Origin: Nitrososphaeria archaeon | Lineage (GTDB): Archaea; Thermoproteota; Nitrososphaeria; Nitrososphaerales; JACAEJ01 | Length of the DNA: 64,000 bases | Direction of reading: 5' to 3' | Assembly (NCBI GenBank): GCA_029775925.1 | Contig: JARVKB010000004.1 | Span: 3,925-67,924 of the forward strand | Part shown: piece by piece, positions 1 through 9,249 of the stretch | How the letters are laid out: each line of letters opens with the position of its first letter | How positions within the stretch are numbered: the first letter of the stretch is position 1 | Translations under genes and position numbers: made by a program | Notes under the pieces: model-generated | Seen by the model: only the letters and a program-made list of their open reading frames with translations | Databases searched by the model: none | Told to the model about the DNA's origin: nothing

Positions 1-2
1 AT

Positions 3-386
3 CTCGATTATAAGTATCAATATCGCGATGAAGATTTTCTTAAACTTTTGGAAGAAATCAAAAGAATAGGTTGCCAAGAAAGTTTTGTCATGTTCAACAA
101 TTTAACTATGCGTGAAGATGCTACAAGATTTAAAGTACTGGTAAAAGAAGGTTTTTTACCAACTCTTGAAGGAAAAAATTTAGAAGATAGGTTAAAAATA
201 ATTTTAAAAGGAATAAGATTTCCTATTAAGGCAAAAGAAATATCTAATAAAAGAGGTTATCTTTTATTAAGAATTAATAATAAGACTTTCACTCTCGCTG
301 AAGCTATAAAAATGATAAATTTAGAAGAAATCAAATCATTTGACGAGTTATTAAATACGATAAAGGTCGGTCTACTTGAAAAATAA
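3..386 (+). CDS. DUF72 family protein, 3' part (truncated by window start)
   Basis: Frame is open from position 3: LDYKYQYRDEDF...FVMFNNLTMREDATRF matches the DUF72 C-terminal pattern YxYxxxEL...FNN..M.EDA.RF. Confidence 0.65.
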   Translation, partial: LDYKYQYRDEDFLKLLEEIKRIGCQESFVMFNNLTMREDATRFKVLVKEGFLPTLEGKNLEDRLKIILKGIRFPIKAKEISNKRGYLLLRINNKTFTLAEAIKMINLEEIKSFDELLNTIKVGLLEK

Positions 387-750
387 AAGGATTGATAAAG
401 TAAAGGCTTTGATAAATGATGCTATTAGAATAAATGATAAAGCTATTATGATGTTATCAAAAGGTAATGATATAATAAATTTGGCTGATAAGGTATGGGA
501 AGCGTATAGTAAGTTAGAGTGTGCCATAATCCTTCTTAAACTTAATCTTGATAATGATTCTACTCAGGATAAAGAATTTCAAGGATCCTTGAAAGAAAAC
601 TGTTTTGATGTTGGAGGATTATTAGTTAGAGCATATGATGCTCTAACTAATACTCTAGATAAGATTGACTCTGATCTTATTACTACTCTTATGAACACAA
701 GATTGGCTAGGGACTCATTAAGATTAGTATTATCTCGCCTTAAAAAGTAA
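376..750 (+). CDS. hypothetical helical protein
   Basis: 124-aa ORF overlapping the upstream stop; no motif recognised. Confidence 0.6.
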   Translation: MKNKRIDKVKALINDAIRINDKAIMMLSKGNDIINLADKVWEAYSKLECAIILLKLNLDNDSTQDKEFQGSLKENCFDVGGLLVRAYDALTNTLDKIDSDLITTLMNTRLARDSLRLVLSRLKK

Positions 751-753
751 TTT

Positions 754-1020
754 TTAAATTCTCTCTTCACTCTTTAATTTATTAAACCTCAATTTATTGC
801 CCTCTACTAATACTCTATAGCCTTTTCTTAAACCGTTTATGTGGAGATACCTCTTAAGATAAACCTTCAAAATATCCTTTTTCAACTTAACCTTTGATTT
901 TGTATCATTCAAGACTATTAAACCTCCTTCCATGGATGGTTTAATTCTAAGTCTTTTTTCCAGGAAGGCCATCAAATCTTCATTCTTATCCTTTAAATCT
1001 CCTAGCTCTATCTTTAGCAT
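754..1020 (-). CDS. eL22-like ribosomal protein
   Basis: Basic 88 aa; LKVYLKRYLHINGLRKGYRVLV resembles eL22 LKYLTKKYLKK..LRDWLRVV. Confidence 0.6.
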   Translation of the reverse strand: MLKIELGDLKDKNEDLMAFLEKRLRIKPSMEGGLIVLNDTKSKVKLKKDILKVYLKRYLHINGLRKGYRVLVEGNKLRFNKLKSEERI

Positions 1021-1108
1021 ATCATGGCATTAAAAAGAAGACCATTAAATTTTTTCTAAATTAGAATTAATTTAATAGTAAGTTTGACTAAACCTTGTTG
1101 GCGATCAA

Positions 1109-2128
1109 ATGCCTGTAATGGTAGTAGTTGGTGGTTTTTTTGGTGATGAAGGAAAGGGTAAGATAATTTCCTACCTGGCAATGAAAGATAATCCTTCTGC
1201 AACAGTCAGAGGAGGAGTAGGTCCAAATGCAGGTCACACAGTAGTTCATGAAGGAAAATCATACAAACTTAGGATGCTTCCAAGTGCTATATTGAACAAA
1301 CAAACAAAGTTGATGATAGGCGCTGGAGTTTTAATTAATCCTGATGTATTGTTAGATGAAATAAAGAGATTTGATGTTGGATCAAGAGTTTTAATTGATT
1401 CACAATGTGCTATAATAGAAAGTGTTCACATAGAACGTGATAAAGGCGGCTATTTAAAGGAAAGAATTGGTACTACGGGTTCTGGTACTGGTCCAGCAAA
1501 TTCTGACAGAGTTTTGAGAATTGCAAAGATGGCTAGAGAAATCTACTCCTTGAAGGATTACTTGGGTGATGTGGCTTTTGAAGTAAATAAATTAATAGAT
1601 GAAGGTGCATCAATAATACTTGAAGGGACTCAGGGTACTTTTCTATCCCTTTACCATGGGACTTATCCTTATGTTACATCTAAGGACGTGACTGCGTCTG
1701 CCATATGTTCAGATGTTGGGATAGGCCCTAAGAAAGTAGAAGACGTTTTAGTTGTCTTTAAATCTTATGTTACAAGAGTCGGGGAAGGGTTCTTGCCAGG
1801 TGAACTAAGTGAAGAAGAGACAATTAAGAAGGGGTGGAGAGAGGTAGCTACTGTTACTGGAAGGGTGAGACGGGCAGCTCCTTTTAACTTAGAACTAGCT
1901 AAGAGGGCTGTTATGCTAAACAGTGCAACTCAAATCGCTTTAACAAAATTGGATGTCGTCTTCCCTGATGCTAAGGGTAAAACTAGCTTTGAAGCCTTGC
2001 CAAGAGAAGCTAAAAAATTCATTGAAGATATTGAAAATTCATTAAAAGTACCTTTATCGATAATCAGTACTGGCCCAGAAGTCTTTGATACAATTGATAG
2101 AAGAAATCAATTGAAAATCATGGCTTAA
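1109..2128 (+). CDS. purA: adenylosuccinate synthetase (short archaeal type)
   Basis: GDEGKGK, GPNAGHT, EGTQG, TVTGRVRR motifs. Confidence 0.97.
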   Translation: MPVMVVVGGFFGDEGKGKIISYLAMKDNPSATVRGGVGPNAGHTVVHEGKSYKLRMLPSAILNKQTKLMIGAGVLINPDVLLDEIKRFDVGSRVLIDSQCAIIESVHIERDKGGYLKERIGTTGSGTGPANSDRVLRIAKMAREIYSLKDYLGDVAFEVNKLIDEGASIILEGTQGTFLSLYHGTYPYVTSKDVTASAICSDVGIGPKKVEDVLVVFKSYVTRVGEGFLPGELSEEETIKKGWREVATVTGRVRRAAPFNLELAKRAVMLNSATQIALTKLDVVFPDAKGKTSFEALPREAKKFIEDIENSLKVPLSIISTGPEVFDTIDRRNQLKIMA

Positions 2129-2372
2129 TAGGAGAAGCAACGTGAATTAAAGCTTTTGAGCCTAATACGCTCTCAATTTTTGATATAAAATGCCTGGCAA
2201 CCTCTTCATCTGTTGCTGAAAACATTATAATTGCATCAAACGATCCTATAAGCATGTAGGCAGATAGAATCTCGATTCCAGGCTCTAAGTCTGAAAATAT
2301 TAGCCTTTTTATCAGATCCGATAAAGCATCAGACTTGCCTATTCCTGCTTTTAATATTGCAACAATTAGCAT
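2118..2372 (-). CDS. GYD / Lrp-AsnC ligand-binding-like small protein
   Basis: AYMLIGSFDAIIMFSATDEE resembles the GYD motif; 84 aa. Confidence 0.55.
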   Translation of the reverse strand: MLIVAILKAGIGKSDALSDLIKRLIFSDLEPGIEILSAYMLIGSFDAIIMFSATDEEVARHFISKIESVLGSKALIHVASPIKP

Positions 2373-2709
2373 ATGATTTTCAACCAGCTTTTAAATAGAA
2401 GTTTATCAATATAAAATCATTTACATCATTATTTGTTAAGGAAAGATCTGACTATCAATTCTATTCGAATTCTTTCTAGCTACTTTGGCTTATTCCGAAC
2501 CTTTCAATTATAGAAAAACTCCATAAAGAGCTATGTTGATATTGAAGAAGCATTAACTTATTGAGTGTCGTTTATTGTTAGAATAAGCCTATTTAATTAG
2601 TAAAGCATCATGTATTTGGATGTAATGATGATCGGGATGGGATTCAGAAGAAATATAAATGGAACAATTAGTAAGACATATTAATTAAAAAATTTTAGGG
2701 GTAATCAAT

Positions 2710-3102
2710 TTGAAGATAAACTCCAAATTAATCATAAGCTTAAGTATTCTCTTCTTAATAACTGGTGTAGCGTGGATAATTTTTGCAATTCTTAATGAGG
2801 GAACTATACTTCTTCTAGAACCTGGAATAGCAAATCTCATTACTGGAATTCTATTATTAACAAAATTTGGAGGAAGATACGCTAGAGCTTTAGTCTTAGC
2901 GTCTGGAGTATATAGCCTCATAATATGTTCTTATCAGCTCTATGCTTCTATTAATATATTGAGGATAGGCTTAACGATATTCACAATTGCTTCTTTGTTA
3001 GGCTATACTTTAGGCTCATTAGCTTTCCTTTCCGTTATAATAGTAGCATATATGAATTCCCAGGCTTTTATATCGTCTACCAATCAAAAAGATAAGAGTT
3101 AA
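2710..3102 (+). CDS. hypothetical membrane protein (about 4 TM)
   Basis: Four hydrophobic segments. Confidence 0.7.
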   Translation: MKINSKLIISLSILFLITGVAWIIFAILNEGTILLLEPGIANLITGILLLTKFGGRYARALVLASGVYSLIICSYQLYASINILRIGLTIFTIASLLGYTLGSLAFLSVIIVAYMNSQAFISSTNQKDKS

Positions 3103-3114
3103 GATCGATAGTTC

Positions 3115-3441
3115 TTACTTCTTTAATTCAACCTTTATTTCTCTTATTAAGTTGATCCCTAAAGAAGCTATCTTTCCTCCGGCCATCATGATAAAGAACA
3201 TAAGTAAAAACCAAAAGAGCATGGCTAAAAGCTTACCTATTTCTTCACCGGAGAATACCAGCATTTCTCCTCCATCAGGTGTAGTGATATAAATGTTATG
3301 GAAGTTGAACAACCTTGGTGGAGGAGTAACACCAGTAAAGACGCTAAACATAAAGTAAACAGAAGTAAGGATCATTACAACTCCGAGCGTAAGAAGAATA
3401 TATCCAACAACTTTCTCATATTTTGACTCCATTCCTCTCAT
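3115..3441 (-). CDS. hypothetical membrane protein (2 TM)
   Basis: Two hydrophobic helices; GGKIASLG. Confidence 0.7.
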   Translation of the reverse strand: MRGMESKYEKVVGYILLTLGVVMILTSVYFMFSVFTGVTPPPRLFNFHNIYITTPDGGEMLVFSGEEIGKLLAMLFWFLLMFFIMMAGGKIASLGINLIREIKVELKK

Positions 3442-3550
3442 TAATCAAATTTTAGTAAAGTATAAAAAGATGGTTTTAATATAAAACTTGCCAAATAGTA
3501 AATTCTTTTTAATAGCCTAATTTAGTTTTATAAGCAATCTTGGAAGATCG

Positions 3551-4621
3551 GTGCTAAGTATGGACATAGAAGAAAAAATGAACATAATCAACAGACCACC
3601 TACTGAGGAAATAGTCACTATCAATGATCTTAGGTTGCTTTTAGAAAATAAAGAGCATCCAACACATTATATAGGTTTTGAGATTTCAGGGCTTATGCAT
3701 ATAGGTACTTTATTAATATCAGGCTTTAAAATAAACGATTTCATAAAGGCAGGAATTGATTGTAGAGTATTCTTAGCAGATTGGCATAGCTATATCAACA
3801 ATAAGTTTGGTGGGGATTGGGATAAAATAAGAATAGCATCTAAATATTATGAAGAAGCCTTCAAATTTTTTTGTCCTGGAGTTAAGGTAGTTCATGGATC
3901 GGAGCTATATAGTGGAAATGATGAGTACTGGAAGAATCTAGTAAAATTTTCAAAGCATATAACGTTAGCAAGAAATATTAGATGCTTAACAATTATGGGA
4001 AGAAGTAAGAAGGAAAAGTTAGATTTTGCCCAATATTTATACCCTCCTATGCAAGCTATAGATATTAAGGCTATGGATATCGATATAGCTCACGCTGGGA
4101 TGGATCAGCGTAAAGTTCATATGCTGGCACGAGAAGTATTCCCGAAGTTAAGATGGAAAGTACCTGTAGCTATTCATCATAGCTTGCTTCCAGGGTTGTC
4201 TGAACCTTCTCGTTTAGGATTGGACGAAAATTCTAAGCTTGATACAATTTTCTCCAGTAAGATGAGTAAATCTAAACCCTCTACTTGTATATTCATTCAT
4301 GACGATGCCGATGAAATTGAGAAGAAAATACAAAAGGCATGGTGCCCGGAAGGCATCGTAGAGTATAACCCGATATTAGAGATGGCAAAGCAAATAATCT
4401 TTCATGAGTTTAATACTTTAGAAATCGATAGGCCTGCAAAATTCGGTGGAAAGATAATTTTTGAAGATTTTTACGAGTTAGAAAAGGCTTATAAAGAAAA
4501 AAGACTTCATCCAGCAGATTTGAAAGCAGGAGTAGCAAAAGCTATTGATAAGATAGTAGCACCAATAAGGTCTCATTTTAAGGGTAAGCCTGAACTACTA
4601 GAAGTCTTTAAATCTGATTAA
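3551..4621 (+). CDS. tyrS: tyrosyl-tRNA synthetase
   Basis: YIGFEISG.MHIG (HIGH), YPPMQAID, GMDQ, KMSKS. Confidence 0.96.
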   Translation: MLSMDIEEKMNIINRPPTEEIVTINDLRLLLENKEHPTHYIGFEISGLMHIGTLLISGFKINDFIKAGIDCRVFLADWHSYINNKFGGDWDKIRIASKYYEEAFKFFCPGVKVVHGSELYSGNDEYWKNLVKFSKHITLARNIRCLTIMGRSKKEKLDFAQYLYPPMQAIDIKAMDIDIAHAGMDQRKVHMLAREVFPKLRWKVPVAIHHSLLPGLSEPSRLGLDENSKLDTIFSSKMSKSKPSTCIFIHDDADEIEKKIQKAWCPEGIVEYNPILEMAKQIIFHEFNTLEIDRPAKFGGKIIFEDFYELEKAYKEKRLHPADLKAGVAKAIDKIVAPIRSHFKGKPELLEVFKSD

Positions 4622-4629
4622 ATAGTAAA

Positions 4630-5187
4630 TTATCGATAATATTCTGGTTCTATCCTTCTAAGGAAGTAAAAAGTGTAAAAGGATATTATTGTTATTGAGA
4701 GAAATATTTTCGTAGCAAAGACAAGATTAAAACGCACTTCAGGGTTAGGAAAAGGATTGATAAGTATGTCAGGGTTTAGCTCGCCCAATATTTCGCTGGC
4801 ACTCATAAGACTTCCCCAAAGAGTAAAGTTGAACAGAACCTCGTACAAAGCCATGGATCCTGCAAAGAAAGCGATTAACATGAATAAGTGTCTAGCGAAT
4901 TTGGGAAATTTTGATATCATTTCCTTATTTAATTCAAGGAGTGAAAACCAAAAGACAATTAAAGATGCCATAAACCAGGTTATAGGTTTGGCGTAAATTG
5001 GAAAAATTGTAGGAGGAGGAAATTCTGTATTAACGAAAGTCTCTCCGACGACCTTTACCCCATACATTAACGTAGTAATTGCGCCATAAACTGTAACTGT
5101 AATTAAGATGATAAAAGAAATGAGACAGATTATTTTGTACATGATTCTGATTTTATTTTCTTCTTTAGATGAATTCATCAATCTCAA
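4630..5187 (-). CDS. hypothetical membrane protein
   Basis: Four TM segments; YEVLFNFTLWG and NLVFATK. Confidence 0.75.
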   Translation of the reverse strand: MRLMNSSKEENKIRIMYKIICLISFIILITVTVYGAITTLMYGVKVVGETFVNTEFPPPTIFPIYAKPITWFMASLIVFWFSLLELNKEMISKFPKFARHLFMLIAFFAGSMALYEVLFNFTLWGSLMSASEILGELNPDILINPFPNPEVRFNLVFATKIFLSITIISFYTFYFLRRIEPEYYR

Positions 5188-5241
5188 ATTTATTCCTTGA
5201 TGACTTTTATGTACTTAAAAACTTTGCTTCTCCTATATCAC

Positions 5242-5271
5242 TTTATTATAGGAATTAATTCCTATAATAAA
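5242..5271. repeat. perfect 30-bp palindrome TTTATTATAGGAATTAATTCCTATAATAAA
   Basis: Self-complementary with no spacer, read directly. Confidence 0.9.
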
Positions 5272-5729
5272 ATTATTAAAATCAAAAATATTCGTAAGAA
5301 ACAAATTTTTTATAGCTATTGGCAAGATTAATAAAGCCTGAAAAATTAGTTATTTATATTAAGATGTTGATAACAAATAAGCTTATTTAGTGTAATGTCG
5401 GTCCATCATTTTAGATAAATTCAATGCATACAACTTTGCTCTCTAATAGATTAATCATCACCGAATTTATCCATCATTGCTAAATCGATCTAGGTACGAA
5501 AGAAGGACTAACAACATAAGCAATTTATTATCCTTTTACTAAATTGGATCTAACTATAAAGGGAAGCAAGTGAATGTGTTGTAAATTTTTGTTATAAATT
5601 GCCCATATTAATCTAAATTTCTAGAAGTGAAAGTTCGTGAACGAATCGAATAAAAAATTAGCATTAGTAAATAGCTAAAGGAAATGAAGAATAAGGTGTG
5701 AATCTTTTTGGTGTTTAGGATGTATTAAT

Positions 5730-5751
5730 CAAGTGCAAAAATATTTTTGCA
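5730..5751. promoter_or_regulatory. putative operator containing palindrome TGCAAAAATATTTTTGCA (copy 1)
   Basis: 22 bp identical to 52694-52715; lies upstream of a TTTAAAAA box (5774) of the corrinoid gene. Confidence 0.7.
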
Positions 5752-5809
5752 TCAAGGAAGAATAGAAGAAAAATTTAAAAAAAACAACGTTATTTATAAT
5801 CGAAAACAA

Positions 5810-6469
5810 ATGTCCCAGGAAGAAATTTTAGCCGAACTTGCTAAAGCAGTGATAGACGGTGACGTGGACAAGGCAAAGTATTTGGCACATAAAGTATTGG
5901 AGTTAAAAATAGATCCTTATAAAGCTATCATGGATGGATGCGCTGCAGGAATGAGGATAGTGGGGGAAAAATATCAAAATGGCGAAATGTTCATTCCTGA
6001 GTTACTATATTCAGCTGAAGCGATGTATGCTGCAACAGACGTCTTAAGCCCTCACATAAAAGCAGAAAAAATTCCATATAGCGGTAAGGTAGTAATAGGT
6101 GTTGTTGAGGGCGATATACATGATATTGGCAAGAACATCTTGGTAACACTTTTAAAGGCAAGTGGGTTTGAAGTTGTAGACTTAGGCAGAGATGTGCCGA
6201 CAAAAGATTTTGTGCAAAAAGCAAAGGATGAAAAAGCAGAAATCATAGCCATGTCAACTTTGATGACCACAACAGCTCCAGGAATGAAAAAGGTCATAGA
6301 TGTATTGTATGAGGAGGGTATAAGAGATAAGGTAAAGACTATTATTGGAGGAGCAGCCGTTTCAAAAGAATTTGCTAAGGCTATAGGTGCAGATGCTTAT
6401 GGAGAAGAGGTAGTCGACGGCGTAGAGATGGTCAAAAATCTTATGAGTTCTATTAAGAGAGGGGGATGA
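5810..6469 (+). CDS. methyltransferase corrinoid protein (MtbC/MttC-like)
   Basis: DIHDIG B12-binding motif, STLMTTT, IIGGA; ATG at 5810 preferred over the TTG inside the palindrome. Confidence 0.93.
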   Translation: MSQEEILAELAKAVIDGDVDKAKYLAHKVLELKIDPYKAIMDGCAAGMRIVGEKYQNGEMFIPELLYSAEAMYAATDVLSPHIKAEKIPYSGKVVIGVVEGDIHDIGKNILVTLLKASGFEVVDLGRDVPTKDFVQKAKDEKAEIIAMSTLMTTTAPGMKKVIDVLYEEGIRDKVKTIIGGAAVSKEFAKAIGADAYGEEVVDGVEMVKNLMSSIKRGG

Positions 6470-7533
6470 AAAGTTTGGTAAAACCAATTGAAAGAGTTGT
6501 AGCTGCCTTAACATATAAGGATCCGGATAGGGTTCCTGCTGCACCATTAGTTTGTGGAGCATCAAGAAGAGTTTATGGAGTTACATACGATGTTTGGTCT
6601 AGGGACCCTGTTATTGCTGCCAAATCTCTTATTGCTGCACAAGAGTTGATAGGTTTTGATGGTTTCTTGACATTAGTGGACTTGAGCGTAGAGCCCGCTG
6701 CCTTCGGTCAAAAAGTCTTATATCCTGTCGAAAGTACTGCTTTATCCGCAGCTTTCAAAGGTGATATGTTAATAAAGAGCGTAGACGATTACGATAAACT
6801 CGAATATGTAGACCCTAAAAAAGCTGACAGGATGAGAGATGTGATAAAAATCTGTGAGATACTTGTTCAAGCGAAAGGAAAAGAAGTTCCAACTTTGGGA
6901 TTTGTATACGGTCCTGCCGGAACCCTATCTATGATGAGAACTTTAGAGAAGCTTAGTTTAGACCTAGTGAAAAATAAGTCAGCAGTTCTTAAAGGGCTGA
7001 AAATCGTAAATGATGTGCTATTTGATTACGCAAAAGCTCAGTGTGAAACAGGAGTTCCAGGGGTCGTTCTAGACGTTCTTTACGCATCAAAAATGATATG
7101 GAGTAGAAAGACATACGATGAGTTTGAAGGTCAGTTATGTTCAAAAATCGCTGATGAAATAAGAAAGCATAATGCTCTTGTAGTACTTCATAACTGTGGC
7201 CATGGGCCCTTCTTTGACACGATGATAAGCTGGTATAAGCCTGCCGCAATATCGTTCCACTATGTTCCTGATGATTGCAAAGACTATGCTGACACAAAGG
7301 AGAAGTATGGGAAAAAGACTGTACTGATAGGTCAAGCTGACAATCCTAAAGTAATCTACCCAGGTACTCCTGAAGAAGTTATGAACCATTGTGCGGAACA
7401 AATTAAAGTATATGGTCCCGGTAGTGGTTTCATACTTGCCACAGGTTGTGAATTTCCACCTAACGCTTCATTACTGAACGCTAGAGCAATGATAGAGGCT
7501 GCTGAGAAGTATGGTAAGTATCCAATGGCTTAA
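6466..7533 (+). CDS. MtaA/CmuA-like methylcobamide methyltransferase (UROD superfamily)
   Basis: PDRVP, DLSVE, Zn ligands LHNCG and TGCE; ATGA coupling to the corrinoid gene. Confidence 0.88.
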   Translation: MKSLVKPIERVVAALTYKDPDRVPAAPLVCGASRRVYGVTYDVWSRDPVIAAKSLIAAQELIGFDGFLTLVDLSVEPAAFGQKVLYPVESTALSAAFKGDMLIKSVDDYDKLEYVDPKKADRMRDVIKICEILVQAKGKEVPTLGFVYGPAGTLSMMRTLEKLSLDLVKNKSAVLKGLKIVNDVLFDYAKAQCETGVPGVVLDVLYASKMIWSRKTYDEFEGQLCSKIADEIRKHNALVVLHNCGHGPFFDTMISWYKPAAISFHYVPDDCKDYADTKEKYGKKTVLIGQADNPKVIYPGTPEEVMNHCAEQIKVYGPGSGFILATGCEFPPNASLLNARAMIEAAEKYGKYPMA

Positions 7534-8051
7534 CCATTGGGTACTTCATTTTTCTTTTTTTGAATTATCAATCGAATCAAAGATGGATTTATTCCTTCTA
7601 ACCATTCATTAGGTGCTTTTTCAACACTCGAGAGTGGGGCAAGCTTCACTATTCTTTGTTTTGCTCCAAGTTTGATGAGCTCTACAACAAGAAATAAGAA
7701 AATCTTTCCATTCATTATGCCTATGTCCATGGCATACGTTCTGAAACCTTCTTTTATACGATACCTTCTTGCCGTTATTCTGGCTAGAAATCTTGCTTCA
7801 AGCTTAGAGTAAAGTGAAGGACTTACAGTAGGAGGGAGTTTACTTGGAACTTCTCTTAGTTCATCTATTCTTTTTTCAAGTTCTAATAACATCTTCCGAA
7901 TCTCTTCAGGGTTTTGCCTATTTTCTAATCTAAATCCTTCTATAGTGATATTCTCGTACTGTGATTCTTCTATCAAGGGATAAATTTCTATAGCTGAAGG
8001 GTAGTCCTGACAAAAAATGATATGTATTTCTTCATCCTTTGTTTCTGACAT
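7530..8051 (-). CDS. hypothetical protein
   Basis: 173-aa ORF, last gene of the minus-strand run. Confidence 0.7.
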   Translation of the reverse strand: MSETKDEEIHIIFCQDYPSAIEIYPLIEESQYENITIEGFRLENRQNPEEIRKMLLELEKRIDELREVPSKLPPTVSPSLYSKLEARFLARITARRYRIKEGFRTYAMDIGIMNGKIFLFLVVELIKLGAKQRIVKLAPLSSVEKAPNEWLEGINPSLIRLIIQKKKNEVPNG

Positions 8052-8082
8052 GAAACATCATCTTAAAATATGAATTAAATTA

Positions 8083-8574
8083 TTACTCATTCTTTTTTCG
8101 TTCCTCTTCCTTTGGTTGTATTGGAATGTCGAACTTATCAAAATACTCATGCTCTTTCTCAATTTCTATATTAAAACCATAATTCAACAATACTTCATTC
8201 GAAGCCTCAAGAGTCGCCATCTTGACTTGAGATTTGTCTATTCCCTGTACTATGCTATTTATAACAAGGTACGCTTGAGTTATAGGCTCTGTTATGCTAC
8301 TTTCAACATAAACTCCTTTTTCTAAGCCTATCGTATCTGCTTTTAGGTACCCGTGTTTGGTCTTCATATAGGATTTTATATGACCGATGAATTTTGCACC
8401 TTTCTCAATACAATAGGAAGCTATTCTTAACATTAACTTATTACCCATCTCTTTGATAGCATCTATATTGATAGGCTCTGATCGAGTAAGCCTAAAAGCA
8501 ACAGCGTAGCCACTTACGCCAAAGGGCTCATAGCATGCTTTAGTTGAACTGCTTTCAACCTTTTCTGAACTCAT
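8083..8574 (-). CDS. CobW-associated ferredoxin-like fold protein
   Basis: IGHIKS motif typical of proteins next to CobW-type GTPases. Confidence 0.6.
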   Translation of the reverse strand: MSSEKVESSSTKACYEPFGVSGYAVAFRLTRSEPINIDAIKEMGNKLMLRIASYCIEKGAKFIGHIKSYMKTKHGYLKADTIGLEKGVYVESSITEPITQAYLVINSIVQGIDKSQVKMATLEASNEVLLNYGFNIEIEKEHEYFDKFDIPIQPKEEERKKNE

Positions 8575-8588
8575 GAATTAATCACCTT

Positions 8589-9224
8589 TTATCTTATCTG
8601 ATAAGCTGGATATTCTACAGGCTCTGTAATAAGCTTCGCCAATTCTACCATACCGTCTCCTCTAATAGAGGATATTCTCATGATTTTTGCTTTCTGGTTT
8701 ATCTTTTTAACTTCCTGCTCACAATCAACTAACTGCTCCTCATTTACAACATCGATCTTACTTATGGCTATAATATCTGCATCAGAGATTTGCCTGATCA
8801 CTATGTTTCCTAATATGTCATTGAAGAGCAGCTCTTCCGGTCTTGTCGCATCGAATAAAACAACAGCCGGTCCCAAATTTATGTCACAATCTCTTTTTGC
8901 CATAAGGGCGGCCAACTTAACTTGATTTGGTATAGCTACTCCTGTCGGCTCTACTAAAATAAAGTCAGGTTTAAAGGTTTGAGATAGTAAAATGAGTGTA
9001 TTAGTAAAGCTTGTGGCTATCTCACAACAAATGCAACCTCCACCTAAGTCTTTAACTCTTAACCCATACTCTTCTACAACCTTGCCATCTACAGGAATCT
9101 CTCCAATTTCGTTTACAACCAGAGCAACTCTCTTTTTAAAATCACCACTTAAAGTTCTAGCCAAGGATATTATGGCTGATGTTTTTCCAGAACCAAGAAA
9201 GCCTGCTATCTGAATTATTCTCAT
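8589..9224 (-). CDS. CobW/HypB/UreG-family metallochaperone GTPase
   Basis: GFLGSGKT, VNEIG, GGCICC, EPTG, SKID. Confidence 0.92.
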   Translation of the reverse strand: MRIIQIAGFLGSGKTSAIISLARTLSGDFKKRVALVVNEIGEIPVDGKVVEEYGLRVKDLGGGCICCEIATSFTNTLILLSQTFKPDFILVEPTGVAIPNQVKLAALMAKRDCDINLGPAVVLFDATRPEELLFNDILGNIVIRQISDADIIAISKIDVVNEEQLVDCEQEVKKINQKAKIMRISSIRGDGMVELAKLITEPVEYPAYQIR

Positions 9225-9249
9225 AACTAGGATAAAGAGTATTTCCCTC

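Noticed and set aside
2625-2648. ATGATGA followed by TCGGGATGGGAT, like a C/D-box sRNA guide complementary to a 5S rRNA motif
   Set aside because: No downstream C' or CTGA D box at a plausible distance; a short match may be chance
5747-5809. TTG start and N-terminal extension of the corrinoid ORF (likewise TTG at 52702)
   Set aside because: Both TTGs lie inside the palindromic operator; downstream ATGs fit the domain start
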